Shown: positions 8,350-18,068 of the stretch, piece by piece
Position numbering within the stretch: the first letter of the stretch is position 1
How the letters are laid out: each line of letters opens with the position of its first letter
Assembly (NCBI GenBank): GCA_964621525.1
Contig: CAZUMS010000003.1
Location: forward strand, 37,129 to 101,128
Reading direction: 5' to 3'
Source: an uncultured bacterium
GTDB lineage: Bacteria; JAGRBM01; JAHCIT01
DNA: 64,000 nt
Position numbers and translations under genes: made by a program
The notes under the pieces: model-generated
Databases searched by the model: none
What the model was told of the DNA's origin: nothing
What the model saw: only the letters and a program-made list of their open reading frames with translations

Positions 8350-10038
8350 TCAGCGGGCGTGCGGGGTCTCGGACGCCTTGTCCATCACGACACCCACATA
8401 CGCGGCGCAGCCCATTTCCGGGATATCAAGACCCTCAATCTCGGCTTCCACGGGTGTCCTGAGACCGACAGTCACATCGAGCAGCTTGAAGACCGCAAAA
8501 CCGATGGCGCCCACATAGACGAAGTTCGTGAGCACGCCGATCGACTGGGCGATGAACTGGCTCGCATCTCCGTAGAAGAGGCCCTTCACCGGACCGGCAA
8601 CGCCGTTCCAGCCATCGCCGTAGGAACCGTCGGCGAAAAGACCCAGGGCGAGGCAGCCCCAGGCGCCGTTCACGCCATGGACCGCCACCGCACCTACCGG
8701 GTCGTCGATCTTGAGGACGCGCTCGATGAAGAACACGGCCTCGACCACGATGATGCCGGAGACGAGCCCGATGATGCAGGAGGCCATGGAGTTCACGAAC
8801 GCACAGGGTGCCGTGATCGCCACAAGCCCGGCGAGCATACCGTTCGCCATCATGCTGGGATCCGGCTTACCCATCCGGAAAGCCCAGCAGTAGAGCGTGG
8901 CCGCGAGCGCGCCGGTCATGGATGCGAGCATCGTGTTCACGGCTACCACTGCCAGACGAAGATCCGTGCCAGCGAGTGTTGAACCGGGGTTAAACCCGAA
9001 CCAGCCGAAAGCGAGAATAAAGGTGCCGATGATTGCCATCGGAATGTTGTGGCCGGGGATCGGGTTCGGCGAGCCGTCCTTGTTGTATTTTCCGGCGCGG
9101 GGGCCAATCAGCCATCCGCCCACGAGCGCGAGCACGCCGCCCGTCATGTGCACGACCGAGGAGCCGGCGAAATCCACATGCCCGTGACCGAGGCCGTAAT
9201 ACTTGCCCAGCGTCGCCAGGAAGCCGCCGCCCCAGACCCAGCAGCCGTAGATCGGATAAATGATCGTGCCGACGGCGAGGCCATAGAGGAAGAACGACTT
9301 GTAGTTCCAGCGTTCGGCCATGGAACCGGTGGGAATCGTCGCCGTGGTGTCCATGAACACCATCTGGAAGAGGAACAGCGCGAAGATCGAGACATCGTAG
9401 ACGTCGGATCCGAGGAAGAAGCCCTTCGTACCGAACAGCACCCAGTCGTTACCGCCCACCTTGATCGAGAAGGCGGAGTTCAGCACATCCGTGCCGCCCA
9501 GCGTGCCCAGCGCCCCGAAGCCGCCGAACATGAAAGCGAAGCCGCACACGTAGAAACCGAGCATCCCGAGCGGATAGATCAGGAAGTTCATGGCCATTGT
9601 ATGCGACGCATTCTTGGCGCGGGTGAAGCCGGTCTCGACCATGGCGAATCCGGCCTGCATGAACATGACGAGGAAGCCGGCCAGCATGGTCCACACCATG
9701 TTGATCGAAACCTTGTTCTTGCCGACCTGGTTGGCGACGTCGCCCAGGGTCAACTTACCGGCTTCCGACTGAGGAACATCGGTCATGTTGCCCGTGGCGC
9801 CGCCACTGGGATCCGGCGCCCGCGGCGAGGCCGGCGCCTCGACCGTAATGCTCATCTCCACTGGCGCGGGCGGCGCTGCCGGCGGAGCGGGTGTGGCGGC
9901 GGCCTCTGCCGCCGGCGCAGAAGTCTCCGCCGGAGGTGGTACGGTTTCGTCGGCATTGGCCCAGTGGGGAACAATCAGTAGCGCGGCTGCGAACCAGACG
10001 ATCGCCGCAAAACTCATAATCTTTCTGGATTTACTCAT
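8350..10038 (-). CDS. amt: ammonium transporter (Amt/MEP family), paralog 2
   Basis: 562 aa; signal peptide MSKSRKIMSFAAIVWFAAALLIVPHWANA, Pro/Ala-rich linker, Amt core (NMVWTMLAGFLVMFMQAGFAMVETG). About 50% identity to paralog 1. Confidence 0.9.
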   Translation of the reverse strand: MSKSRKIMSFAAIVWFAAALLIVPHWANADETVPPPAETSAPAAEAAATPAPPAAPPAPVEMSITVEAPASPRAPDPSGGATGNMTDVPQSEAGKLTLGDVANQVGKNKVSINMVWTMLAGFLVMFMQAGFAMVETGFTRAKNASHTMAMNFLIYPLGMLGFYVCGFAFMFGGFGALGTLGGTDVLNSAFSIKVGGNDWVLFGTKGFFLGSDVYDVSIFALFLFQMVFMDTTATIPTGSMAERWNYKSFFLYGLAVGTIIYPIYGCWVWGGGFLATLGKYYGLGHGHVDFAGSSVVHMTGGVLALVGGWLIGPRAGKYNKDGSPNPIPGHNIPMAIIGTFILAFGWFGFNPGSTLAGTDLRLAVVAVNTMLASMTGALAATLYCWAFRMGKPDPSMMANGMLAGLVAITAPCAFVNSMASCIIGLVSGIIVVEAVFFIERVLKIDDPVGAVAVHGVNGAWGCLALGLFADGSYGDGWNGVAGPVKGLFYGDASQFIAQSIGVLTNFVYVGAIGFAVFKLLDVTVGLRTPVEAEIEGLDIPEMGCAAYVGVVMDKASETPHAR

Positions 10039-10248
10039 GATCGGTTTCCTGTCTCTCCATGAAATTCACTGCCGCCGTTTCACTTCATCCTGCGGGAGCC
10101 CGGCGCCGGAATCCGTCGTCGGCCCTTCTGGATGGAGCAGCCGACTCAAGCTCGTCGGCGGTTTCAGCAGTGCCGTTGTTGAGGCCTCAGGCAGACGGAC
10201 CGGTCCGGGTGGATCTGGCGGCACAGTCGTCTTTCCCGTCCGAGACGA

Positions 10249-10264
10249 AGCATCAGCTATGCCA
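10249..10264 (-). promoter_or_regulatory. sigma54 (RpoN) -24/-12 promoter for amt2
   Basis: Minus strand TGGCATAGCTGATGCT: TGGCAT-N5-ATGCT with GG/GC at canonical spacing; followed by a leader conserved with amt1. Confidence 0.55.
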
Positions 10265-10460
10265 TAAAAATGAACTAAAAATTTTAGTCTATTTCCGAGA
10301 TATATTCGGAAGAAATATCGGGAATAACGATGTCGAAATTTAATTCATAAGTATATGATATTATTTATATATTTTACCAATTACGGAGATAAATACAGCA
10401 CACCCGAAGGGACGTATTATCCTTCAAATAAATTGTACTAAAAATATGTGTTCATTCTTC
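10265..10460. promoter_or_regulatory. AT-rich island (~200 bp, roughly 25-30% GC) upstream of the amt2 sigma54 promoter
   Basis: Sequence aaaaatgaactaaaaattttagtctatttccgagatatattcgg...tatatgatattatttatatattttaccaatt in a ~67% GC genome; position fits an enhancer/IHF-bending region for a sigma54 promoter. Confidence 0.45.
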
Positions 10461-10967
10461 AAACACCGGTTGAGAACCGTGCGAGGATTTCCGTAATGCC
10501 TCAAAAATTGGCGATTCGAAGACCTGTCGCCCCATTTCTGGGCACATCTGTTCTTTCACCTCTGAATCCCGCTGCCGGAATGTCCAAAAACATGCTCTGT
10601 GGAAATCATTTTCTACCTTTTATTTCACATGGTTATAAAAGTCCTACGTATTCCGAAGCTCCCGGTGGAGTTCTTGGTTTCTGCCTTGCACATTGGGGAA
10701 ACGCTGAACCGGCCTGCCAGAGGATGGGGAACGTCCCGGTCGGGACCGGAAAGCCCGGTCCATACTGTTCTGTTAAGGACAGCTGGATCAGGAGAGCGGT
10801 CGGCAAGGTGGGACGGCGCCGGGTGAAAAACCGGCGCACCGGTGGATTCGGAACCCGTTAAACCCGGCACTCCAAAGAACAAGAAGCCGGTATCAGAGCC
10901 GTCCGGCGGGAGTGCGGAGGAAATCCGCCCCGCCCATGGCAACCCGGATTCCGGGTAGCTAGGTTAG

Positions 10968-11342
<375 letters not shown>

Positions 11343-11494
11343 TCCTGGAATAAAGAGTTCAAGATATCGGCAGGCGGCAGCAGGATCCCGTGCGGCAGCC
11401 GGCCGGAGGCGGGCAAGCGGCAACTGAAAAGGTGCAGGCTCCCGGTGGAAAACCAAAGCAGGGAAAAACAAACCCAAGGAGCACTGGTGTCATT

Positions 11495-12913
11495 ATGACG
11501 ACAGGCAAAGACGTTCTGAAAATGATCAAGGACCACGGCGTCGAGATGGTGGACCTCAAGTTCACCGACTTCCTCGGCTCGTGGCAGCACAAGAGTCACC
11601 CGATCAACATGATCGACGAGGATACGTTCACCGACGGCCTCGGTTTCGACGGCAGCTCGATCCGCGGCTGGGCCGACATCCAGGAATCGGACATGCTCTC
11701 GATCCCGGACCCCTCGACCGCCCGCATCGACCCGTTCATGCAGCATCCGACGCTGTCGCTCGTCTGCGACATCGTGGATCCCATCACCCGCCAGCCGTAT
11801 TCCCGCGACCCGCGCTATATCGCCAGGAAGGCCGAGGCCTACCTGAAGTCGACCGGTATCGGCGACACGGCCTATATCGGGCCGGAGCCGGAATTCTTCA
11901 TTTTTGACGACATCCGGTACGAGGTCGGCCAGCACAAGTCGTTCGTCTCGATCGACTCGGGCGAGGCCCACTGGAACTCGGGCCGCGACGAAGGCGGCAA
12001 CCAGGGCTACAAGATCCGCCCGAAGGAAGGCTACTTCCCGGTTTCCCCGTTCGACCAGCAGCAGGACATCCGCACGGAAATGTGCCTCGTCATGCAGAAG
12101 GTCGGCATCGCGGTCGAAACGCAGCACCACGAAGTCGCCACTGCCGGCCAGGCCGAGATCGACATGGTGTTCGACTCGCTGCTGAACATGGCCGACAAGG
12201 TGATGTGGTACAAGTACATCTGCCGCAACGTCGCCAAGCGCCACGGCAAGGTCGTGACGTTCATGCCGAAGCCCATGCCGGCCGACAACGGGTCGGGCAT
12301 GCACACCCACCAGTCGGTGTGGAAGGGCGGCAAGAACCTGTTCGCGGGCAGCGGCTACGGCGGACTGTCCGAGTTCGGCCTCTACTACATCGGCGGCATC
12401 CTGAAGCACGCCAAGGCTCTCAACGCCTTCACGAACCCGACGCTGAACAGCTACCGCCGTCTGGTTCCGGGCTTCGAGGCGCCGGTGTCCCTGGCCTACT
12501 CGTGCCGTAACCGCTCGGCCTCCTGCCGCATCCCGATGTACAGCAACAGCCCGAAGTCCAAGCGTGTGGAAGTCCGCTTCCCCGACGCGACCTGCAATCC
12601 GTACATCGCTTTCGCCGCCATGCTCATGGCCGGCCTCGACGGTGTTCAGAACAAGATCAACCCGGGCGATGCGCTGGACAAGAACCTGTACGATCTCTCG
12701 CCGGAAGAGCTCGCCAACGTGCCGCAGGCCTGCGGCTCGCTGGAAGAGGCGCTCGAGGCTCTGGAGAACGACCACAAGTTCCTCCTGAAGGGCGACGTCT
12801 TCACGAAGGACGTGATCGACACGCAGCTCGCCTGGAAGCGTCACCACGAAATCGACGTGGCCCGTTTCACGGTTCCGCCGATCGAGCACAAGCTCTACTT
12901 CGACGCCGGCTGA
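11495..12913 (+). CDS. glnA: glutamine synthetase type I
   Basis: 472 aa from [32 protein letters not shown]; SD aaggag 15 nt upstream; GS-I motifs ([25 protein letters not shown]). The track ORF begins 35 codons upstream at a GTG. Confidence 0.95.
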   Translation: MTTGKDVLKMIKDHGVEMVDLKFTDFLGSWQHKSHPINMIDEDTFTDGLGFDGSSIRGWADIQESDMLSIPDPSTARIDPFMQHPTLSLVCDIVDPITRQPYSRDPRYIARKAEAYLKSTGIGDTAYIGPEPEFFIFDDIRYEVGQHKSFVSIDSGEAHWNSGRDEGGNQGYKIRPKEGYFPVSPFDQQQDIRTEMCLVMQKVGIAVETQHHEVATAGQAEIDMVFDSLLNMADKVMWYKYICRNVAKRHGKVVTFMPKPMPADNGSGMHTHQSVWKGGKNLFAGSGYGGLSEFGLYYIGGILKHAKALNAFTNPTLNSYRRLVPGFEAPVSLAYSCRNRSASCRIPMYSNSPKSKRVEVRFPDATCNPYIAFAAMLMAGLDGVQNKINPGDALDKNLYDLSPEELANVPQACGSLEEALEALENDHKFLLKGDVFTKDVIDTQLAWKRHHEIDVARFTVPPIEHKLYFDAG

Positions 12914-13034
12914 TCGCCAGCGCCCCGAAGCGGCCTGCAAGGCGCCGATGCGCTCCTTTCCTCTGGGAAAGGGGCGCATCGCGCTTTTACGGGTCCCGTT
13001 CCACCCGCGCTCCCCGTCCGCTACCCTAGCCCTC

Positions 13035-14063
13035 ATGCCGAAGGTGTCCGTGCTGATTCCGGTCTACAACGGCGCGCCGTTTCTCGGGGACGCGCTGGAG
13101 AGCGTGCTCGCGCAGGAGGGCGCGCCGGATTTCGAGATCGTTACGGCCGACGACGGATCTGCCGATGCCACCCCGGCCCTGCTGGAGCGCTTCGTCCGCC
13201 GGGACGCCCGCATCCGGGCGCTTCGCCTTCCGCACGGGGGAATCGCGAAAACCCTTTCGGCAGGACTTGAGGCGTGCCGGGCTCCTTATGTCTGCCGCCT
13301 CGATGCCGACGACCTGATGCCGCCCGGGCGCCTCGCCGCGCAGACCGCCTTTCTGGAGACGAACCCCGGCGTTACCGCCGTTTCCGGTATGGTCGTCCAC
13401 GAACCCCACCCGGAGATTCCCTCGGACGGCATGGCAAACTACGTTGCCTGGATGAACCGCCAGAAGACCCACGAGGAGATGCTTGCCGCCATCTGGACCG
13501 ATTCGCCGGTCGCCCACCCGTCGGTGATGTTCCGGCGGGATGCGGTCCTTGAAGCGGGCGGCTACGCCAGTGTCCCGTGGCCCGAGGACACGGACCTGTG
13601 GTTCCGGCTGCTGCTCCGGGGCCGGCGGTTCGCCAAGCTCGACACCGGGGTCCTCTGCTGGCGGGATCACGGCAGCCGTCTGACCCGGACCGACAATGGC
13701 CATTACGGCCCCGCCGCGCAGGCGGCGATGAAGGCTCATTACCTGCCGAGGTTTTTCCCCCGCGCGGCCCGCCACGGCGTCACCGTCATCGGCGCCGGCC
13801 CGTTCGGAAAACGGCTCGCGAAATCCCTCGCCGCCGGCGGCGTGCGTGTGAACCGGTTTGTGGATGTGGACCCGCGCAAGATCGGCAGCAGCCGCCTCGG
13901 CATTCCCGTTTTGTCCGCCAGGGACCTGCGCCCGGACGACGGCGACCTGCTCGTATCCGCCGTTGGAACGCCCGGAGCGCGCGAGCTGATCCGGAGCGAA
14001 CTTGCAGGACTCGGAATCCCGGCTAGCCACGGAGGAGACACCCGTGTCGTCTTCTGCCACTGA
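13035..14063 (+). CDS. family 2 glycosyltransferase with C-terminal Rossmann-like (GxGxxG) extension
   Basis: MPKVSVLIPVYNGAPFLGDALESVLAQ...DDGSAD... GT2 (GT-A) N-domain with DxD-like CRLDADD; C-terminal VTVIGAGPFGKRLAKSLAAGGVRV. Confidence 0.75.
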   Translation: MPKVSVLIPVYNGAPFLGDALESVLAQEGAPDFEIVTADDGSADATPALLERFVRRDARIRALRLPHGGIAKTLSAGLEACRAPYVCRLDADDLMPPGRLAAQTAFLETNPGVTAVSGMVVHEPHPEIPSDGMANYVAWMNRQKTHEEMLAAIWTDSPVAHPSVMFRRDAVLEAGGYASVPWPEDTDLWFRLLLRGRRFAKLDTGVLCWRDHGSRLTRTDNGHYGPAAQAAMKAHYLPRFFPRAARHGVTVIGAGPFGKRLAKSLAAGGVRVNRFVDVDPRKIGSSRLGIPVLSARDLRPDDGDLLVSAVGTPGARELIRSELAGLGIPASHGGDTRVVFCH

Positions 14064-14565
14064 CACGAAGGGAACACGCCGGGTACTGGACCGCTGGATC
14101 GTCGTCGAGGCGGGCGGGTTCCAGTTCGCTTTCCCGCTGGAGGAACTGGACGCCGTGGTCGACATCCACTCGTCGAGAATCCGGCGCACCCAGGGACGCC
14201 GGCGGCCGGGGTTCCTGGGCAACGCCGACTGGGCCGGGATGGAGCGGGAGATCCGCCTGCTCGCCGAACAGCTTGGGCTCCCCGCGCGGGTGATGGAGAC
14301 CTATCCGGCGGTGGTCACGCGGCTCGAAGACCCCGCGACCGGCGACTTCGAGCCGGTGTTCTGGGCCGTGGAACGGGTGACAGGCTCCTATGACCGCGAC
14401 CTCGTGGTTCCTGAGCCTGTGCCGCCCGAATGGTGGACATTGAGCCCGGTCCCCTTCAAGGCCGTCTGGTGGCAGGGCAACCGGCCCGTGTGGGTACTGG
14501 GTTCGGCGGAGCTGATCGCCCGGTGGAAGGCTGTGGAAGCCGCCGGACCGGAGACGGCCGCATGA
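14002..14565 (+). CDS. CheW-like domain protein (divergent, Trp-rich)
   Basis: Weak CheW pattern: RWIVVEAGGFQFAFPLEELDAVVDI...PGFLGNADWAGMEREIRLLAEQLGLP ... PVFWAVERVTGSYD..VPEPVPPE ... VWVLGSAELI. TTG start per track overlaps the GT2 end; start uncertain. Confidence 0.4.
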   Translation: MQDSESRLATEETPVSSSATDTKGTRRVLDRWIVVEAGGFQFAFPLEELDAVVDIHSSRIRRTQGRRRPGFLGNADWAGMEREIRLLAEQLGLPARVMETYPAVVTRLEDPATGDFEPVFWAVERVTGSYDRDLVVPEPVPPEWWTLSPVPFKAVWWQGNRPVWVLGSAELIARWKAVEAAGPETAA

Positions 14566-14987
14566 GCCTCTACAGCAATCCCGGACAGGCGATCGAAACC
14601 CTCACCGTGCAGGTGATGACAGGCAGCGTGCGGTGGGTGTTTCCGTTGTCGGGCGTAAAATCGTTCGTCGAGATCCAGGCGGTCTATCCGCTCCCGCCGC
14701 CAGCCGCCTGGGACGGTCTCGTCCGGATCGACGGAGCGGCCTACTGTATCAGGATATTGAGGGAGGCGGGTGGCGACCCCGTGCCCGCAGTTCCTTTCAA
14801 GGGCTGCCTGATCGAGCGCGGACGGATCCCGGTGGTTCTCGGCTTCGAGAAGTTCGTGACCGGGCGGGGCCCGGAGGAGTTCGAGCCGGTGCCCGAAGGC
14901 AGCGGGCCGTTTCCCGGCGTCACGGGCCGGACCGTCCTCCCCGGTGGACCCTGCTACCATATCGACACCGGTAAATTGATCGTTTAG
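14562..14987 (+). CDS. CheW-like domain protein
   Basis: From MSLYSNPGQAIETLTVQVMTGSVRWVFPLSGVKSFVEIQAVYPLPPPAAWDGLVRIDGAAYCIRIL...PVVLGFEKFV..EEFEPVPE; aligns with both CheW subdomains; ATGA overlap with the upstream gene. Confidence 0.5.
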   Translation: MSLYSNPGQAIETLTVQVMTGSVRWVFPLSGVKSFVEIQAVYPLPPPAAWDGLVRIDGAAYCIRILREAGGDPVPAVPFKGCLIERGRIPVVLGFEKFVTGRGPEEFEPVPEGSGPFPGVTGRTVLPGGPCYHIDTGKLIV

Positions 14988-15093
14988 AGTCCCCTCACTG
15001 ACGTCCCATGAGGTCCCTGCACCCGGAGGCCGCGAGGGTTTTTAGGCCCCCCAAAGCCCTGGTTGCGGGAACCGCCCGGAACAGGTGTAACGC

Positions 15094-16359
15094 ATGCCGA
15101 AGAAAATCCTGGTCGCCGACGATTCCGTCACCATCCAGCGGGCCGTCCAGATCACCTTTTCAAACCAGCCGGATTTCACCGTCGAGTTCGCCAGGGACGG
15201 GGACGAGGCGCTCGCGAAGTTCAAGGCATCGAAACCCGATGCCGTCGTCGCCGACGTCGTGATGCCGAAGAAGAACGGTTACGACGTCGCCGAGGCGCTC
15301 AAGGGCCAGGGCGTGCCGGTGGTGCTGCTCAAGGTCAACTCCGAACCCTACAACGATGCCCGTGCGGCCGCCGCCGGAGTTGTCGAGGCGGTGCCGAAGC
15401 CCTTCGAAACGACGGCCCTCGTAGACGCCGTGAAGAACGCCATCGCCAAAGGCGCGGGCAAGGGCGCACCCGCCCCTGCCGCCGCGAAGCCCGCTGCTGC
15501 CCCGGCGGCGCCCAAACCGGTGGCTCCGGCACCTGCGGCGGCGAAGCCTGCGCCCGCCAAGGCGCCGGTTTCCCTCGAAGAAGAGACCGATTCGTGGGAT
15601 CTCGGCGAACCCGAAGCAGCCCCCGCCCCCGTGGCGGCCAAGGCTCCGGCTCCCGCGAAACCCGCCGCTCCTGTTCTCAAAGCTCCGCCTCCCTCGCCGC
15701 CCAAGCCGGCGCCAAAAGCGGTCGAGGAAGACTCGTGGGATCTTGGCGAACCGGAGGCTCCGGCAGCAGCCGCATCCCTCGAAGCCGAAGTCGAAGTCTC
15801 CGTCGAGACGGCGGCGGAGTCCCCCGCCTGGGATCTCGGCGAGACGGAAGCCGTTCCGGCTGAGACCGAAGCCGAAGTCGAGGTCGAACTGGCGGCCAGC
15901 GGCGGCGACATGTGGGATCTAGGCGAAACTGAAGCCGCCCCGGCCGTTCCCCCCGCGTCGATTGCGCCGTCCTTCGGACGCCAGGCTCCGGCGGCCGAGG
16001 TGGAAGTCGAACTGGCCTCGGACGGCGGCGATACCTGGGATCTCGGCGAGCCAGAAGCTGCTCCGCCCGCTCCCGCGACGCCACAGAAAATTCCGGTGAC
16101 TCCGCCCCCCGCGCCGCCGCCAGCTGCCCGTGCGGCTCCGGTTGCTCCGGCGGCAAAATCTGCCCCCGCCGCCCCCGCCACCGCCGTTCAGGTCAATGCC
16201 GCCCAGATCGAAGCGGCCGTGCGACAGGCGATCGAGCTGGCGCTCAAGCCCATGATCGACGAATCCGTGAAGCGGATCTCGAAGGCGATTACCGACGAGT
16301 TCCCGAAGATCGCCGAACGGCTGATCCAGAACGAGATCGACCGGCTCAAGGAAGGCTGA
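15094..16359 (+). CDS. response regulator with Pro/Ala-rich repeat linker and conserved C-terminal helix (RomR-like architecture)
   Basis: N-terminal receiver (ILVADDS...DAVVADVVMPKKNGYD...LLKVNSEP); ~250-aa A/P/E-rich linker with 5 copies of xWDLGE(P/T)EA(A/V)P; C-terminal AVRQAIELALKPMIDESVKRISKAITDEFPKIAERLIQNEIDRLKEG. Confidence 0.6.
   Translation: MPKKILVADDSVTIQRAVQITFSNQPDFTVEFARDGDEALAKFKASKPDAVVADVVMPKKNGYDVAEALKGQGVPVVLLKVNSEPYNDARAAAAGVVEAVPKPFETTALVDAVKNAIAKGAGKGAPAPAAAKPAAAPAAPKPVAPAPAAAKPAPAKAPVSLEEETDSWDLGEPEAAPAPVAAKAPAPAKPAAPVLKAPPPSPPKPAPKAVEEDSWDLGEPEAPAAAASLEAEVEVSVETAAESPAWDLGETEAVPAETEAEVEVELAASGGDMWDLGETEAAPAVPPASIAPSFGRQAPAAEVEVELASDGGDTWDLGEPEAAPPAPATPQKIPVTPPPAPPPAARAAPVAPAAKSAPAAPATAVQVNAAQIEAAVRQAIELALKPMIDESVKRISKAITDEFPKIAERLIQNEIDRLKEG
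15590..16060 (+). repeat. five dispersed ~33-nt direct repeats (tgggatctcggcgaaccngaagc) encoding the WDLGE motifs
   Basis: gattcgtgggatctcggcgaacccgaagcagcc / gactcgtgggatcttggcgaaccggaggctccg / gcctgggatctcggcgagacggaagccgttccg / atgtgggatctaggcgaaactgaagccgccccg / acctgggatctcggcgagccagaagctgctccg. Confidence 0.7.
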
Positions 16360-16543
16360 GCCCTTCCCGGCGGCCTGGACATTCCGGCGACCGGCGGTTT
16401 CTTCACCCGGTCCGGCACCGGACGCGGGCTCCCGGGATCAACCTTCATTTTATTTCCAGTTGCCCCGGCTCCGATTGTCCGGCACAATCCCGACTGACGC
16501 GAGTGTCATTTTGTTAATGCGTTGACCAAACGGGAGATATCCG

Positions 16544-18043
16544 ATGGCAGGGAACGGTTCGGCGGGTACAGGCAACGGCGGGGAACTCCCCTTCCCGACA
16601 GTGGCCATCATCGGCACCGGCTTCGGCGGCCTGTGCATGGCGATCAAGCTGAAGGAGGCCGGTTACAACTCCTTCACCATTTTCGAGAGGGCCTCCCGCG
16701 TCGGCGGAACCTGGCGGGATAACAGTTACCCCGGCGCCGCCTGCGACATCCCTTCCCATCTCTATTCGTACTCGTTCGAGCCCAAGTCGGACTGGACCCG
16801 GGGATTCCCCGAGCAGAAGGAAATCCTCGAATACATAGAGCACTGCGTCCGCAAGTACGGCCTCGAACCGCACATCCAGTTCAATTCGGAGATCGAATCC
16901 TGTTCTTTCGACGAGCAGACGGGTCTCTGGACCGTGCGGACAAAGGGCGGCGAGATCCACAAGGCCCACGCGCTTGTGGCCGGTACAGGTCAGCTGAACC
17001 GTCCGGCGTATCCGAAGATCAAGGGGATCGACAGCTTCGAGGGTACCCAGTTTCACTCCGCCCGCTGGAACCACGAGCACAGGCTCCGTGGCCGGAGCGT
17101 CGCCGTCATCGGCACAGGTGCAAGCGCCATCCAGTTCATCCCGCCCGTCGCCGAACAGGCGAAACAGCTTTATGTGTTCCAGCGGACACCTCCCTATATC
17201 CTCGAAAAGCCGGACCGGGCGTTCATGGAGTTCGAGAAGTCGGTCTTCAGAAAGGTGCCGGCCGTGCGGGAATTCTACCGGCAGCGCATCTACTGGAGTC
17301 TCGAGACCCGGTTCTCGGCGCTCGCCCAGAAGAGCTTCCTGTCGGATCTCGTGACCCACGCCGCGATCCAGCATCTGGAAAACCAGGTGAAGCTCCCCGA
17401 ACTCCGGAAAAAACTCACGCCCGACTACCCGCTCGGCTGCAAGCGGATCCTGATCTCCAACGATTTCTATCCGGCGATGCAGCGGCCGAACGTGGAACTC
17501 GTGACCGATTCCATCGACCGGATCACGAAAAACTCGATCATCACGAAGGACGGCATCGAGCGAGAAGTGGATACGGTCATTTACGGCACCGGCTTCCAGA
17601 CGACCGGCTTCCTCGCGCCCATGAAGATCACCGGGCTCGGGGGCCGCGACCTGAACGACACCTGGAGGGATGGCGCGGAAGCCTACTACGGCGTGACCGT
17701 AACGGACTTCCCGAACCTGTTCATCCTCTACGGACCGAACACGAACCTCGGCCACAACTCGATCATCTTCATGATCGAGTGCCAGGTCCATTACACGATG
17801 CAGTGCCTCAAGCGCCTTGTCAGCCGCCGCCTCAAGTACCTGGATCCCTCGCCCGACGCCATGCGCCAGTACAACGAGTGGGTGCAGCGCCGCCACGGCA
17901 AGCTCGTCTGGAGCTCCGGCTGCGAGAGCTGGTACAAGAACGAGGCCGGCAAGGTGACGAACAACTGGCCGGGCTACACCGTGACCTACTGGCGGCGCAC
18001 CCGCCGCCCTGACTTCGGGAGCTACCGCGAAGTGCTCCAGTAA
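16544..18043 (+). CDS. flavin-containing (Baeyer-Villiger-type) monooxygenase
   Basis: 499 aa; FAD site IGTGFGG; BVMO fingerprint FEGTQFHSARW; second Rossmann VIGTGASA. Confidence 0.8.
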   Translation: MAGNGSAGTGNGGELPFPTVAIIGTGFGGLCMAIKLKEAGYNSFTIFERASRVGGTWRDNSYPGAACDIPSHLYSYSFEPKSDWTRGFPEQKEILEYIEHCVRKYGLEPHIQFNSEIESCSFDEQTGLWTVRTKGGEIHKAHALVAGTGQLNRPAYPKIKGIDSFEGTQFHSARWNHEHRLRGRSVAVIGTGASAIQFIPPVAEQAKQLYVFQRTPPYILEKPDRAFMEFEKSVFRKVPAVREFYRQRIYWSLETRFSALAQKSFLSDLVTHAAIQHLENQVKLPELRKKLTPDYPLGCKRILISNDFYPAMQRPNVELVTDSIDRITKNSIITKDGIEREVDTVIYGTGFQTTGFLAPMKITGLGGRDLNDTWRDGAEAYYGVTVTDFPNLFILYGPNTNLGHNSIIFMIECQVHYTMQCLKRLVSRRLKYLDPSPDAMRQYNEWVQRRHGKLVWSSGCESWYKNEAGKVTNNWPGYTVTYWRRTRRPDFGSYREVLQ

Positions 18044-18068
18044 AGTGACGTCCGGTTTGCCGCTTTAA

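Noticed and set aside
10448-10942. Overlapping ORFs 10448..10861(+), 10599..10826(+), 10625..10942(-) in the amt2/glnB intergenic region
   Set aside because: No SD, no recognisable motifs, mutually overlapping, with Gly/Arg/Pro-rich composition.
10935-10953. TGGCAA-cccgg-attcc upstream of glnB as a sigma54 promoter
   Set aside because: The -12 element has TC instead of the invariant GC at the required spacing; not accepted.
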